From a virus: 64,000 nt of DNA. Below, one piece after another: positions 18,405 to 27,794 of this stretch. Under the pieces are notes generated by a model, which was given only the letters and a program-made list of their open reading frames with translations, was not told the origin of the DNA and searched no databases. The position numbers were made by a program, and so were the translations under genes. Each line of letters opens with the position of its first letter. Within the stretch, counting starts at the first letter, position 1. The stretch is from IMG/VR virus record IMGVR_UViG_3300032770_000013, positions 31,989 to 95,988 of that record; one strand, given 5' to 3'.

Positions 18405-18433
18405 CCTCGCGTTAAGGAGCGGTTAGAGCGTGC
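18405..18433. repeat. Intergenic site B
   Basis: Minus strand GCACGCTCTAAC-CG-CTCCTTAACGCGAGG; same spacing as sites A, D and F. Confidence 0.6.
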
Positions 18434-18437
18434 TTTG

Positions 18438-18926
18438 CTATGGCGCGTCAGCGATGCCACCGCTGGCGCGGAGGTCCGCGTAGCTGGCCTCGTCAACGGC
18501 GCGATTAAGCTCAATCTGCAAAAGCGTCCCGACCACCGTATCTATCACCTGATACCAAGTTGGCGAGCTAGGCGTCTGGTTGCGAAAGACATTCATCAAC
18601 TCGGTGAGTTCGTTCAAGCTCGCCATTTTGCTTCCTTCCTTGCGGCGACAAAGCTTGCAGCGGCCGTTGCCTAGGTTATGCTCCGCTTTGGATATTGGAG
18701 TATTGCAATCTCGACAAACGTGTCGCGGAAGATCGCTCGTTGCTTCGGCTTTTCTTAAAGCTTCGCCAGCGATCTTTCGACATGCTATCAGCCGCGCCGG
18801 TGTGTCTTTGTACTCACCTTCGCCCCAGCCGATCTTCTCGATGGTCCATAGGGCTCTCTCCATTAAAGCCTCACGGCTAGGAGTTTTGCCGTCCTTGTAA
18901 AGATGTGCCGCCCAATGTGAAGTCAT
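18438..18926 (-). CDS. Hypothetical cassette-like protein (Zn-ribbon)
   Basis: CRDC...CKLC; bounded by repeat sites. Confidence 0.55.
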   Translation of the reverse strand: MTSHWAAHLYKDGKTPSREALMERALWTIEKIGWGEGEYKDTPARLIACRKIAGEALRKAEATSDLPRHVCRDCNTPISKAEHNLGNGRCKLCRRKEGSKMASLNELTELMNVFRNQTPSSPTWYQVIDTVVGTLLQIELNRAVDEASYADLRASGGIADAP

Positions 18927-18991
18927 CGGTAAATCCTAAGCGTTCCCGGTGAAGGCATGGCGACGGCGAAGTTCATTTAGAGCGCACTTTG

Positions 18992-19369
18992 CTAAATCGT
19001 AATGACGGGAGAACTGACCTCAGCCCGATCAGGCCAATATGGAAAACTGATCGCAGCCCGAGGTTCTGCTGCATCTATGTCATAGGCCAATTTGCCATCA
19101 TGGAATCGCGAGTCTTTGAACACGGTGCCGCATCGCTTATTTTGGAAAACGCCGTCAGCGACCTTGACCCATTCGTCATCGGCGCCGGTCAATGGCGCAA
19201 GCGGCTTCCCAGCAATACACCGCATCAGAACCGGTGCGACAGCGTGGACAGCGCCTCCGCTGTCCCATTGACCGAAGAACTTTTCCAGTATCTCGATCAT
19301 TACTCGGCTATCTTCTTCGCCGAAGTTGATTGCGGCGAGTTCGGTTTTAGCTTGGTCAACGATGCTCAT
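18992..19369 (-). CDS. Hypothetical cassette-like protein
   Basis: PLAPLTGADDEW...FQNKRC motif; bounded by repeat sites. Confidence 0.65.
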   Translation of the reverse strand: MSIVDQAKTELAAINFGEEDSRVMIEILEKFFGQWDSGGAVHAVAPVLMRCIAGKPLAPLTGADDEWVKVADGVFQNKRCGTVFKDSRFHDGKLAYDIDAAEPRAAISFPYWPDRAEVSSPVITI

Positions 19370-19376
19370 AGTCCCT

Positions 19377-19405
19377 CCTCGCGTTTATAAGTCCTTAGAG
19401 CGCGC
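19377..19405. repeat. Intergenic site D (near-identical to 53800-53827)
   Basis: Minus strand GCGCGCTCTAAG-GA-CTTATAAACGCGAGG. Confidence 0.75.
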
Positions 19406-19802
19406 TCGCTCGATCTCGCGACGCGCTATTTCACGGCATTTTCTTTTTGACCATTCCCTTCGCTGACGTGGACCCTCTGCTCGTTCCTCGCGGCGAAGCG
19501 TCAGAAATGCCCGGTGGATCGGATCGGGCCACCGTTGTGTTTTCATTTCGGAACCTCACGATTCTCAATGCGGCGATAGCAGTCTGGATGATATTTCCTA
19601 TGATCGACCTGAATCATCGGACCTTCGCCGAGCGGATTTCGACAAGCTGCGCATGGGATGGCGCTGATGATCGCTCCAAGAAAACACTCAAACCGCTGCA
19701 CCGATGGCTCCGGCTCGTAATATCCATCCCTGTGCCTGCCGTAAATCATCAGAATTTGCCCTCGTCCTTACCTCGCTGTTTCACGCCGACGCGATGACTG
19801 GA

Positions 19803-20291
19803 TCACAGAAACACATCGAGGCGACCGGCCTCTATATTGGCGATGGCCTCTCGTAGCCTCTGAGCTTTGTCAGCGGCCATGCGTTCTTCGGATTCGGCAC
19901 GCTCTAGCCTATAGCGCGCCGATTGAAGCATTTTCGTCAGACTTCGCTTGGCGCCCTTGCGCAGATAGAAATTATCGCGACTCGAATTGGAATGGTTGAG
20001 GTTCACAATGTCCGCATCATCGTAGTAATCAGCCTGGTGCTCACTGGACTTTTCGAGGTCCGCGAGATTGCCCAAGTGCTCCAACGTCAACGCCGGCAGA
20101 TCGGCTTCTGCAAAGGATCGACCGTCATTGCCGCTGCCCCAAAAGGTATCTCGCAGCCGACCATTCTTGACGACGGCTATGCAGGAACAACAATGGTAGC
20201 GACCCCATGAACCGTCGCGCTCAGGGTCGGGTTCGCGAAAGCGCCAACGATAAATGTCGCCTTCCCGCAACTTCTCTGAAACTTCTGCCAT
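19803..20291 (-). CDS. Hypothetical cassette-like protein
   Basis: First ORF after the 45-bp leader repeat. Confidence 0.6.
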   Translation of the reverse strand: MAEVSEKLREGDIYRWRFREPDPERDGSWGRYHCCSCIAVVKNGRLRDTFWGSGNDGRSFAEADLPALTLEHLGNLADLEKSSEHQADYYDDADIVNLNHSNSSRDNFYLRKGAKRSLTKMLQSARYRLERAESEERMAADKAQRLREAIANIEAGRLDVFL

Positions 20292-20329
20292 CGCTCGCCT
20301 CTGTTTCGCCGCCTCGCGTCTAAGCGATA

Positions 20330-20374
20330 ACTGACGGGCGCTTTGATTTCATTGATCTGCGCACACACACTGCC
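20330..20374. repeat. 45-bp exact direct repeat, copy 1 (copy 2 at 54332-54376)
   Basis: ACTGACGGGCGCTTTGATTTCATTGATCTGCGCACACACACTGCC at both loci. Confidence 0.9.
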
Positions 20375-20392
20375 TTAGAGCGCACCCATCGA

Positions 20393-20542
20393 TTACCCGA
20401 CTCCACGCCGCGCCGTTCCGAGGTCAGGATAACGTATTATCTCTTGATGCACGGACAAGTCCACTTCCTCAAGGTTAACGCGCCCAAGCCGATGAGGAAT
20501 AAATCCCCGCCACTCTATCGTGCCTATCCGGTTGTCGCTCAT
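20393..20542 (-). pseudogene. 49-aa ORF: diverged duplicate of the C-terminus of the 21597-22784 protein
   Basis: MSDNRIGTIEWRGFIPHRLGRVNLEEVDLSVHQEIIRYPDLGTARRGVG vs VEWGGFIYAVPHRSGRIYLEEIDLGKHPEIMRYSDLSEARR. Confidence 0.65.
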
Positions 20543-21600
20543 TGAGCTACACGTCCCCGGCTTCCCTCAACAGGACCCGCAGCACTACGGGCGAGAATGT
20601 TCTTTGCACTATTGTGGTCACGGTCATGGACCGCACCACATTCATCACAAATCCATTCCCTTATTCGCAACCCTTTTTGACCTTTTGGGCCACTGCGCGC
20701 ACCGCACGCAGAACAGGTTACGGTCGTAAAACTCTCGTTCACTTCCTCATAACCTACTGATTTGTATTTCAGCATGGTACGGAAAGTAGACCAACTAGCA
20801 TCCAGCACGGACTTTGCCATCCGTGTCTGTGCAAGCTGCTTCGCATTGACGTTGCCCACGACGATTAGCGAGTATCGAGCCGCAAGCTCCGTCGAAAGTT
20901 TGTGTAGAAAATCTTGGCGACAGTTTTGGATTTTGATCCACAGACGCCGCGACTTTCGCTGGTTATTGGCGCGCTGAGATTTAGCTATTCGCTGTTCATA
21001 TTGCCGATAATATTGCGGTGCTCCAATCCTGCGGCCATCGCTCAATGTGACGAATGATTTTAGACCGAGATCAATCCCAATAGCTGCATCTCCGCCAATC
21101 CGCTGCTCAACCTCAACATGAAAACAAACATACCAGCGACCCAAGCTATCTTCAACGAAGTAGCCGCCTTTAGCATTCTCAGGAAGCGGTCTGCCGCCTT
21201 CCCAAAATCGATATCTCTTACGAAAATAAGTAATAGTATTGCCTTCAATTTGACGACCTTGATTCTGAAATGGTATCCATCCCAAAGAACGTTTCGCACC
21301 AAAACTTGATCTGAAATTCGGAGCACGTTTAATCTTGTCTCGAGCAACAGCAAACTGCCGACAAACCTCGCCTACACTCTGCTGATTCAAATTCAATATT
21401 TTGCTGACTCCCTTGCAAAGCTTTTGTAGATCATAGTGAGTTGCCCATTTACGAGGCTTCTCACCAGCCCGATAGCGTGCTTGCACGTCAAGTTGTTGAG
21501 CACAGCAGTAATTCCAAACCTGATTAACAGCATAAGCATGTCGCCTCAGCGTCTTTTTGGCTGAGCGATCTTTGATGCGATATTTATAAGTGAGAATCAT
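20539..21600 (-). mobile_element. tnpB: IS200/IS605-family TnpB RNA-guided endonuclease; no TnpA nearby
   Basis: LTYKYRI, GIDLGLK (RuvC-I), CSACG...WICDECG Zn finger, DRDHNSAKNIL (RuvC-III); AT-rich relative to flanks. Confidence 0.9.
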
Positions 21601-22784
21601 TTTGATGACATTAAGCGTCTGGCTTCTGACAGGTCGGAATAACGCATTATTTCGGGATGTTTTCCTAAGTCGATTTCCTCAAGGTATATTCGTCCTGATC
21701 GATGAGGGACGGCATAGATGAAACCGCCCCACTCTACAAGATTAGCTCCACCATAGGATTCAACCAATCGCGCCCGCGGCCCGCTATGCACAACATTTTG
21801 CGTGTGGCTGTTTACCCGGATCAGCTTCTTCGGCGGCCCTTTCGGCGTCTGCACCGCCGGCAGCACCACATCAGGCGGCTTGGGCAGAATAGCTATCGCT
21901 TCCGCTATTCTGCTCGGCTTGCGCTTTAATGCCGCCAATTGCTGCTCGTGCACCTCTTCCCATCGGTCGAGAACTTCCAGCGCAGCATCGTAAAACCCGC
22001 CATCCGGCGCAAACCGAACTATCCTCGCCCATTCGCCTTGGACCCGCAGCGATCTGGCCTCAGCCACAACCGGCCGACCATACCCGATCGATGTCACATA
22101 CCGGACCGACGATACCAGATCCCACCACGGATATTGCTTAAGATCCAAGACTACACGCGAATACGGCAAGCGCCGATCCCGCTCGGCCAATGGCGTTGAA
22201 TGCGGGATGACGTCGACCGAATGCCCGCGATGAATGAATTGGTCGAGCGTCTTGGTTCGGCGCCGGGTCAGGCTCCCGAAAAAGCAGAAATCATATCGCG
22301 GCATAACCTTGCCTCTTACCCTCGCCACGCTGGTCCGCGGCGGCACTATCGTCTTGAACCGCTTGCCCCAGACCATATCAATATCGGCCGCCCGAGGCAC
22401 AAACCGCCTGATAATCTTGGCGGTATCCGGTGCATAGCACCATGCCGCTGTCATATACGGTGCACTCTCAATGAAGCACTCCGCCCGCTCGATCCAGTCG
22501 TCCGAGGTGCGGTAGTTCCAGACCACGCCTTCATCGGTAACCAATGTCGGCTCTTCCGTCACCAGCACAATCATCTGGTAGCCAGCCTCGGCAAGTGATT
22601 GCACCAGCCTTGGATTATTGGTTACTTCGCTGACGCCTTCGGAGAAGATGTTAAACCACGGCGGAGGGAGGAATATCCCGCGATTGACGGCAAATTCATG
22701 CCCCAATGCTTCGATCTGGTCGCGGAGATCGTCTACTTGATCGCCAGCTTGGGCATCGATCGAGAGCATGTAGCTGAAGCGCAT
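21597..22784 (-). CDS. Glycosyltransferase-like protein
   Basis: YDFCFFGSLTRRR...VVLDLK...SSVR...PVVAE (GT-B-like C-terminal domain). Confidence 0.55.
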   Translation of the reverse strand: MRFSYMLSIDAQAGDQVDDLRDQIEALGHEFAVNRGIFLPPPWFNIFSEGVSEVTNNPRLVQSLAEAGYQMIVLVTEEPTLVTDEGVVWNYRTSDDWIERAECFIESAPYMTAAWCYAPDTAKIIRRFVPRAADIDMVWGKRFKTIVPPRTSVARVRGKVMPRYDFCFFGSLTRRRTKTLDQFIHRGHSVDVIPHSTPLAERDRRLPYSRVVLDLKQYPWWDLVSSVRYVTSIGYGRPVVAEARSLRVQGEWARIVRFAPDGGFYDAALEVLDRWEEVHEQQLAALKRKPSRIAEAIAILPKPPDVVLPAVQTPKGPPKKLIRVNSHTQNVVHSGPRARLVESYGGANLVEWGGFIYAVPHRSGRIYLEEIDLGKHPEIMRYSDLSEARRLMSSK

Positions 22785-22989
22785 TCATGCCTCTATTTTT
22801 GTTTACGGTATTTATGACGATTGGCCGCGATATTGGCCATTAATCGTTGGTCGTAGCAAGGACCGCAATAAGTCTTTCTATTATCGTTCAAGCGCATTCC
22901 GCATTTAGCACATTTTTTAGTAACAATTTTCGCACGGTTGCCCGCTTCAATCCGATGCCCAGCTTCCCATCCAATCGCTCTTGTCATTT

Positions 22990-23823
22990 TCAAATACCAA
23001 CGGCAATCCTCTCGACGGCCTCTTCCCAATTGGTAGGAGATACCACGAAATGCCTGACGTCCGGATGGTCATTCCCTGCGAAGGTGGAACAATGGCCATA
23101 CGGCATGGTTTCGGTCAAGCCAAAGAGATAAGGATTTGCCTTGCTCAATTCGCAAATAGCAAAGGTCTTGCGGCAAAAGAATAGCGCATCGCAGAGCACC
23201 GACATAACCCCACATTGCGGACCAATGACATGCTCGGAAGCATCGCACTGATCGAACAACTCCCGTAGCGACCATTCCGGCTCGACTAGCCTAGCGTCCA
23301 TGCGCTTTGCCAGCGCCTCCCAGAATTGAGGCGGCAGATTTGGCCACGACCGCGACGTATGGATTATCAGCGTGCCACTACCCCGCACGATCCTTCGTGG
23401 ACCGAACGGGACTTCCAGCGGCGCCCACGGCGAAAGGCCGAGTAATGCGCGGTACATATCCGCTTGGCTGACACGAGGCTTAACCGTCAGTTGGTCGATA
23501 CGAACCGGTGTCCGAACGAAATGCGGGTGAACGTAGTAAAATCCGCGGTCGGCAATCTCGTTGGCATGGCTGAGTTGAAAGAACTGGCTTCCTTCCGCCG
23601 AGGCCACAACCTCATCGCTCGCCTCGTAATCCACGCCGAACATTTGCGGGATTGCGACCTGCGCCGATTTGACTACCACGCAAGCCTTGATGCTGTGTTC
23701 CTTTTCAAAGGCACGGACAAGACCGCAGATGAGATAAGCATCCCCAACGCCATATAGAGCCACGAGGCGAATCACGACAATCTCTTTCGCTTGGGCCGCA
23801 CATTGTCCCGAGCTCGCTGACAA
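22990..23823 (-). CDS. Glycosyltransferase-like protein (paralog of 16436-17662)
   Basis: YGVGDAYLI, YVHP, ADMYRALLGL, SWPN, VIGPQCGVMSV, CRKT shared with the paralog. Confidence 0.5.
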   Translation of the reverse strand: MSASSGQCAAQAKEIVVIRLVALYGVGDAYLICGLVRAFEKEHSIKACVVVKSAQVAIPQMFGVDYEASDEVVASAEGSQFFQLSHANEIADRGFYYVHPHFVRTPVRIDQLTVKPRVSQADMYRALLGLSPWAPLEVPFGPRRIVRGSGTLIIHTSRSWPNLPPQFWEALAKRMDARLVEPEWSLRELFDQCDASEHVIGPQCGVMSVLCDALFFCRKTFAICELSKANPYLFGLTETMPYGHCSTFAGNDHPDVRHFVVSPTNWEEAVERIAVGI

Positions 23824-23956
23824 ACTTCATGCCAGCAGCGCCGGCAGAATGCTTTGCCCGGACGCGTTGTCCTCATAATTCCCCGCCACGGATAAGCGGT
23901 CGATTGGATCTTGACCAGCATCGTGTCCGGATGACGTGGACAAAACCAATGGGCGA

Positions 23957-24355
23957 TCATCTGACTGCCGATGCAGCAGCAACGGACGCCCAGTATTTAT
24001 CGTGCAGGCGATCTGGCTGCAAAATACCTACATGACCAGCGGCCTTCGCTCTCCGAACCATGTCCGCCGTACTACGACCGCCAGTAAATGCCACCACCAT
24101 ATCCGGCTTGCCTTCATCTAACATGCGCTGATTCCGGATTGGACCAGCAGCGTTGCCATCCCGCTTCCATGCCGCTGGATAGGGCCACATACGTACACGG
24201 TGCTGATATGCCCATTCGTGAGCAAACGCATCAGCACCGCGCGCCGCACCGTGTATCACGTCCGTAATCGGACGATGACGATTCAGGTGGTCAAGCACAG
24301 CAAATACAAAATCCTTGTCTTTGAAGTCTCGACCGCCGCATACAAGCACGCGCAT
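23957..24355 (-). CDS. DUF2493/YspA SLOG-family protein
   Basis: [11 protein letters not shown]...IHGAARGAD...[11 protein letters not shown]...VAFTGGRST. Confidence 0.85.
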   Translation of the reverse strand: MRVLVCGGRDFKDKDFVFAVLDHLNRHRPITDVIHGAARGADAFAHEWAYQHRVRMWPYPAAWKRDGNAAGPIRNQRMLDEGKPDMVVAFTGGRSTADMVRRAKAAGHVGILQPDRLHDKYWASVAAASAVR

Positions 24356-24358
24356 AAC

Positions 24359-25159
24359 TCATCCCTGAACCGTGACGGCAAGCGGTTTGCCGTTCATCCT
24401 AGCCTGCATACGGACAGTCTGCGGCGGAGCCAGATCCGTCGTTACCAATAGTCGCAATGATTCTCTCAATCGCGGGTCTGACGGATAGCGGTCGCCAAGC
24501 TCGGATGCTGATATTGGCGAATTTTGATCCCACAAATACGAATCGGGCGGATTGCTTACGCACCACCTCCACCATGCGATTCCGCGCTCGCCATGAAGCG
24601 GCCGGCGCCCGCGGTGCTCATGACTGGTCTGGGCGAGAAACATTGTTCCGGCCGGGCCGTAAATCGTCCGCATAACACCGTCCGGTCCGATAATATCGTG
24701 CGGTCCCTGCTCATCATTAAGCACGTCCGTCAGATAGACGAACATGGCGAGGAAGCCTGCCGGATCGTCCGCATCGCGGTGAAATTCCTGAATGTCAGGT
24801 CGCGTCGGACCCTGCGCTGGTCGTGTGTAAAAACTGTTCGCCGAGTAAGACAGTGCCGGATCGCGGCCGAGATAGCCGCTTACAAAGTCAGTCAACGCCA
24901 TTGCCTTCTCGAGAATGACCGGCGTTAGGATGGCATCACGAAGCGAAATGCAGATTGCGCTATCGTTTGGCACGGTATCTCGTGAGACTGGGTCGAGAAT
25001 GCCGCTGTTCTTCTGTGCTGCTACTCGGATGTGAGAGCCGGGGAATACCGGACGGGAAAGGAGATAGCCGAGCACTTCATTGCGCTCGGCATCGGTCAGC
25101 GGCGGCAGCATTACGTATGCCGTAGCGCGGAGGCTTTGGTCGATAGCTGCGTAGTCCAT
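24359..25159 (-). CDS. 2OG-Fe(II) dioxygenase-like (PhyH-like) protein
   Basis: FHRDAD...FVYLTDV...GPH...GPAGT...HRG facial-triad pattern. Confidence 0.7.
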   Translation of the reverse strand: MDYAAIDQSLRATAYVMLPPLTDAERNEVLGYLLSRPVFPGSHIRVAAQKNSGILDPVSRDTVPNDSAICISLRDAILTPVILEKAMALTDFVSGYLGRDPALSYSANSFYTRPAQGPTRPDIQEFHRDADDPAGFLAMFVYLTDVLNDEQGPHDIIGPDGVMRTIYGPAGTMFLAQTSHEHRGRRPLHGERGIAWWRWCVSNPPDSYLWDQNSPISASELGDRYPSDPRLRESLRLLVTTDLAPPQTVRMQARMNGKPLAVTVQG

Positions 25160-25165
25160 TTTGAT

Positions 25166-26155
25166 TTACCCAAGCGACCGAAAGCCAGCGGCCCGACGCA
25201 AACCGCCGACACCATCAGATTCAAGTTTTTGCTGACGCATTTGCCCGAGACGCTCAAATACCACGTCTTCGTCCTGACCAAAACATTTGATGGCAATAAT
25301 CACTTCACGTAGATGAGCTACGCTGTAGTCTTCAGTAAGTCGGACCCACCGTTCAAGTGTTATTTTGTCCAACGACGGCTCTTTGGCTTGGAAGTAAACG
25401 CGACGCGCATTCGCTGAAGGCATTCCAACGTGCATAATGGTATCAAAGCGCGATGGCCGATCTACGAAACGACGATCAAGGTATTCTGGATAGTTCGTTG
25501 TAGCCAAATGAACGACATTTGAAATCTGCGTTTCACCGTCAAGTAAAGCCAAATACCCATGATCGCCGTACTGCTGCACGAGTGCATCCAAATCTTCCAT
25601 GATTGTAATCATGGGACGATCTGGTTCGATTCGCCTCAGCAAACTGATGCAATCTGTCGCGAGAGTAGGCTTCTCAATGAACACCACAACACCACGATGT
25701 AACCGCACTAACTCCTGCGTCATCTGCCAAATTGCACTGGTTTTACCACTGCCGGGCGGCCCCCACATCAACAGCCCGCGCTTGAATGTAAAGCCGCGCT
25801 CAGAAAAATTATTCCGCAGCGTCCAGAATTTCTTAAATTCTGCCATTAGCTTCTCAACCGCGCCATCAGGCAATGCGAGCAAACTATCAATTTGAATTGG
25901 CATTTTTTCTAAATAAGGACCACGATTAGACAATTGCGGACGATAAGCGCCAGGCGGCAATTCATTCACAACTTCCGATACTGGGAAAAAAGCATCACCA
26001 GATTGCGCCCAACAACGAGCACTAGCTGCAATCTGCGCCCAATTGCTATCTGGTGGCCCTTGTGCTTCTACGGCAGCGGTCGGATTGCCATAAGCAGCCC
26101 GCTCGCGAAGAAGAGAGCCAACCAATTCGTTAAAGTCGTTCATTTCTGGAACCAC
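25166..26155 (-). CDS. AAA+ ATPase
   Basis: GLLMWGPPGSGKT, IMEDLD, ATTNYPE, RPSRFD. Confidence 0.9.
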   Translation of the reverse strand: MVPEMNDFNELVGSLLRERAAYGNPTAAVEAQGPPDSNWAQIAASARCWAQSGDAFFPVSEVVNELPPGAYRPQLSNRGPYLEKMPIQIDSLLALPDGAVEKLMAEFKKFWTLRNNFSERGFTFKRGLLMWGPPGSGKTSAIWQMTQELVRLHRGVVVFIEKPTLATDCISLLRRIEPDRPMITIMEDLDALVQQYGDHGYLALLDGETQISNVVHLATTNYPEYLDRRFVDRPSRFDTIMHVGMPSANARRVYFQAKEPSLDKITLERWVRLTEDYSVAHLREVIIAIKCFGQDEDVVFERLGQMRQQKLESDGVGGLRRAAGFRSLG

Positions 26156-26730
26156 CCAATTCCAAGCCTCTCCCCAATCACAGCCACATCTAGCCCATGC
26201 GCCCGCAGATCGGCAATGAAATGCCGGACCTCGTATTCCGGCGCGAATGCATCATGAAACGCCACAACCCCGCCGGACCGGACCAGCGGGGAATACCGCA
26301 GGTAATCGCTACACGCTTCCCGATAGCCATGATCGCCGTCGATGAACAGCATATCAAACGGCGCTTGCTGCCGCGCCTTCTCCAGCGTCTCCAGATCCCG
26401 GCTGTCCCCATGAATTATTGCGTGCGGGCCTGGTACGCTGCTTAGAAACGTCCCGATATTGTTTTCGTCCCGCTCGATCGTCCATGCCTGATCGAACATG
26501 AGCTCGAAGCAGCAATGAATGGCGCCGGCCGAGCCAAGGCCGATCTGCAAGCACTTGCCGTTGATGCCGAGCTCTTGGAGCACCTTGGCGAACGCCATGA
26601 ACTCGCTGCGCTCCTGCTGAATTGCCGGGAGATAAGGCGTGTTGCTCTCGTAATCATTGTGCCATCCGGAATGTGGCGCGAATCGACCGTCGTAGGCAAC
26701 GGCATCGAAGTCTTGCGGTTGGCAACTCAT
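26140..26730 (-). CDS. Class I SAM methyltransferase (Methyltransf_24-like)
   Basis: LQIGLG, FDMLFIDGDHGY, VRSGGVVAFHD. Confidence 0.8.
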   Translation of the reverse strand: MSCQPQDFDAVAYDGRFAPHSGWHNDYESNTPYLPAIQQERSEFMAFAKVLQELGINGKCLQIGLGSAGAIHCCFELMFDQAWTIERDENNIGTFLSSVPGPHAIIHGDSRDLETLEKARQQAPFDMLFIDGDHGYREACSDYLRYSPLVRSGGVVAFHDAFAPEYEVRHFIADLRAHGLDVAVIGERLGIGWFQK

Positions 26731-27224
26731 CGGACGAAATGCACCACGATTATCTCGACTTGCAGCACGACAATAGCAGCAATGAGGCAGAGGATGGCGA
26801 GAACTATTTTATGGTGGGCGGACATCAATCGTTCTCAAGAAACATAGGATGCGCCGCGATCGATTCAGTGTAATGACTTCCGTCAGGTCGAACGCAGTCA
26901 TACCACGGCTGAGGTGCTTTGCATGTTGGCTGTATATCGCAATACTGCTTGCCGTGATCGACTTCGCAGTGTGGCGGATCGGGCGCCAGACAGCTTAGTG
27001 TCGTTGCGAGAACTAAGGTGCATACGTCCATGATTATTCCCACTCCTCGCAACCAGCACGCCACTCAGCGTCGGCCGCTAGAGCCATCCGCTGTTCAGGC
27101 GTGAATGTATGCCACATCTCACGGGCACGAGCACCAACGTGATTGCGCCAGTCGTGAACGCGCCCCGCATCGGCCCATTGCGGATCGTCCACGTCAGATT
27201 GCTTTGAAGAATTGCGATAGATGC

Positions 27225-27794
27225 TCACGGCCGCCCCTGAAACGATTCGATGAACCGCCGCACATGCGGATTCTTACTCTGCGCCATCTCTTCCGCCGAG
27301 TTAAAAGTCTCACCCCCGGCAGTATGGATCGGCCATACATCGCCGTGATGTGCAGTGGCTTGAGCAGCAGCGTTTACCTTGTCGGCCGCGTCCAATATCT
27401 CGCTGGCCTTGTTGGCAAAGATCGAAGAGATCGGCATGATTGTCATTCCCCCCATTGTGTAGTCGAAGCAAACCGCTTTCCGACCATCGATCGTGCAGAC
27501 CGCGGCTTCTTGCCCTGGCATGCCGACGACAAAGTCGACCTCGTAGCCATTCTCTTCCATGAGCACCTTGGCGATCGCCATCCGCTTCTTGAGCACGGGA
27601 TGACTCTCAACTGTTCGTTCCCATGTCTCGCGGATGTTATTGAGCCATGCGAGCCCCAGCGCAGACTGCATCGCGTGATTGCGCTCAAACCGAAAGCTAG
27701 CATCGGTATCGGCGCCGAACTCTTCCTCGACCAGCGAGGCGGCGTATTCAATGATCTTCTTGGCGACGTCGCGGTAATCAATGGCCATCGCCAA
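27225..27794 (-). CDS. Hypothetical protein
   Basis: SD GAGGA, packed ORF. Confidence 0.55.
   Translation of the reverse strand: MAMAIDYRDVAKKIIEYAASLVEEEFGADTDASFRFERNHAMQSALGLAWLNNIRETWERTVESHPVLKKRMAIAKVLMEENGYEVDFVVGMPGQEAAVCTIDGRKAVCFDYTMGGMTIMPISSIFANKASEILDAADKVNAAAQATAHHGDVWPIHTAGGETFNSAEEMAQSKNPHVRRFIESFQGRP

Noticed and set aside
17883-20385. Classical integron attC sites
   Set aside because: No IntI or tyrosine recombinase in the window; the sites are about 28 bp, too short, and lack consistent RYYYAAC/GTTRRRY boxes.
20480-20556. tRNA gene
   Set aside because: Only a 5'-like 17-mer; no anticodon arm, T-arm or 3' acceptor strand.
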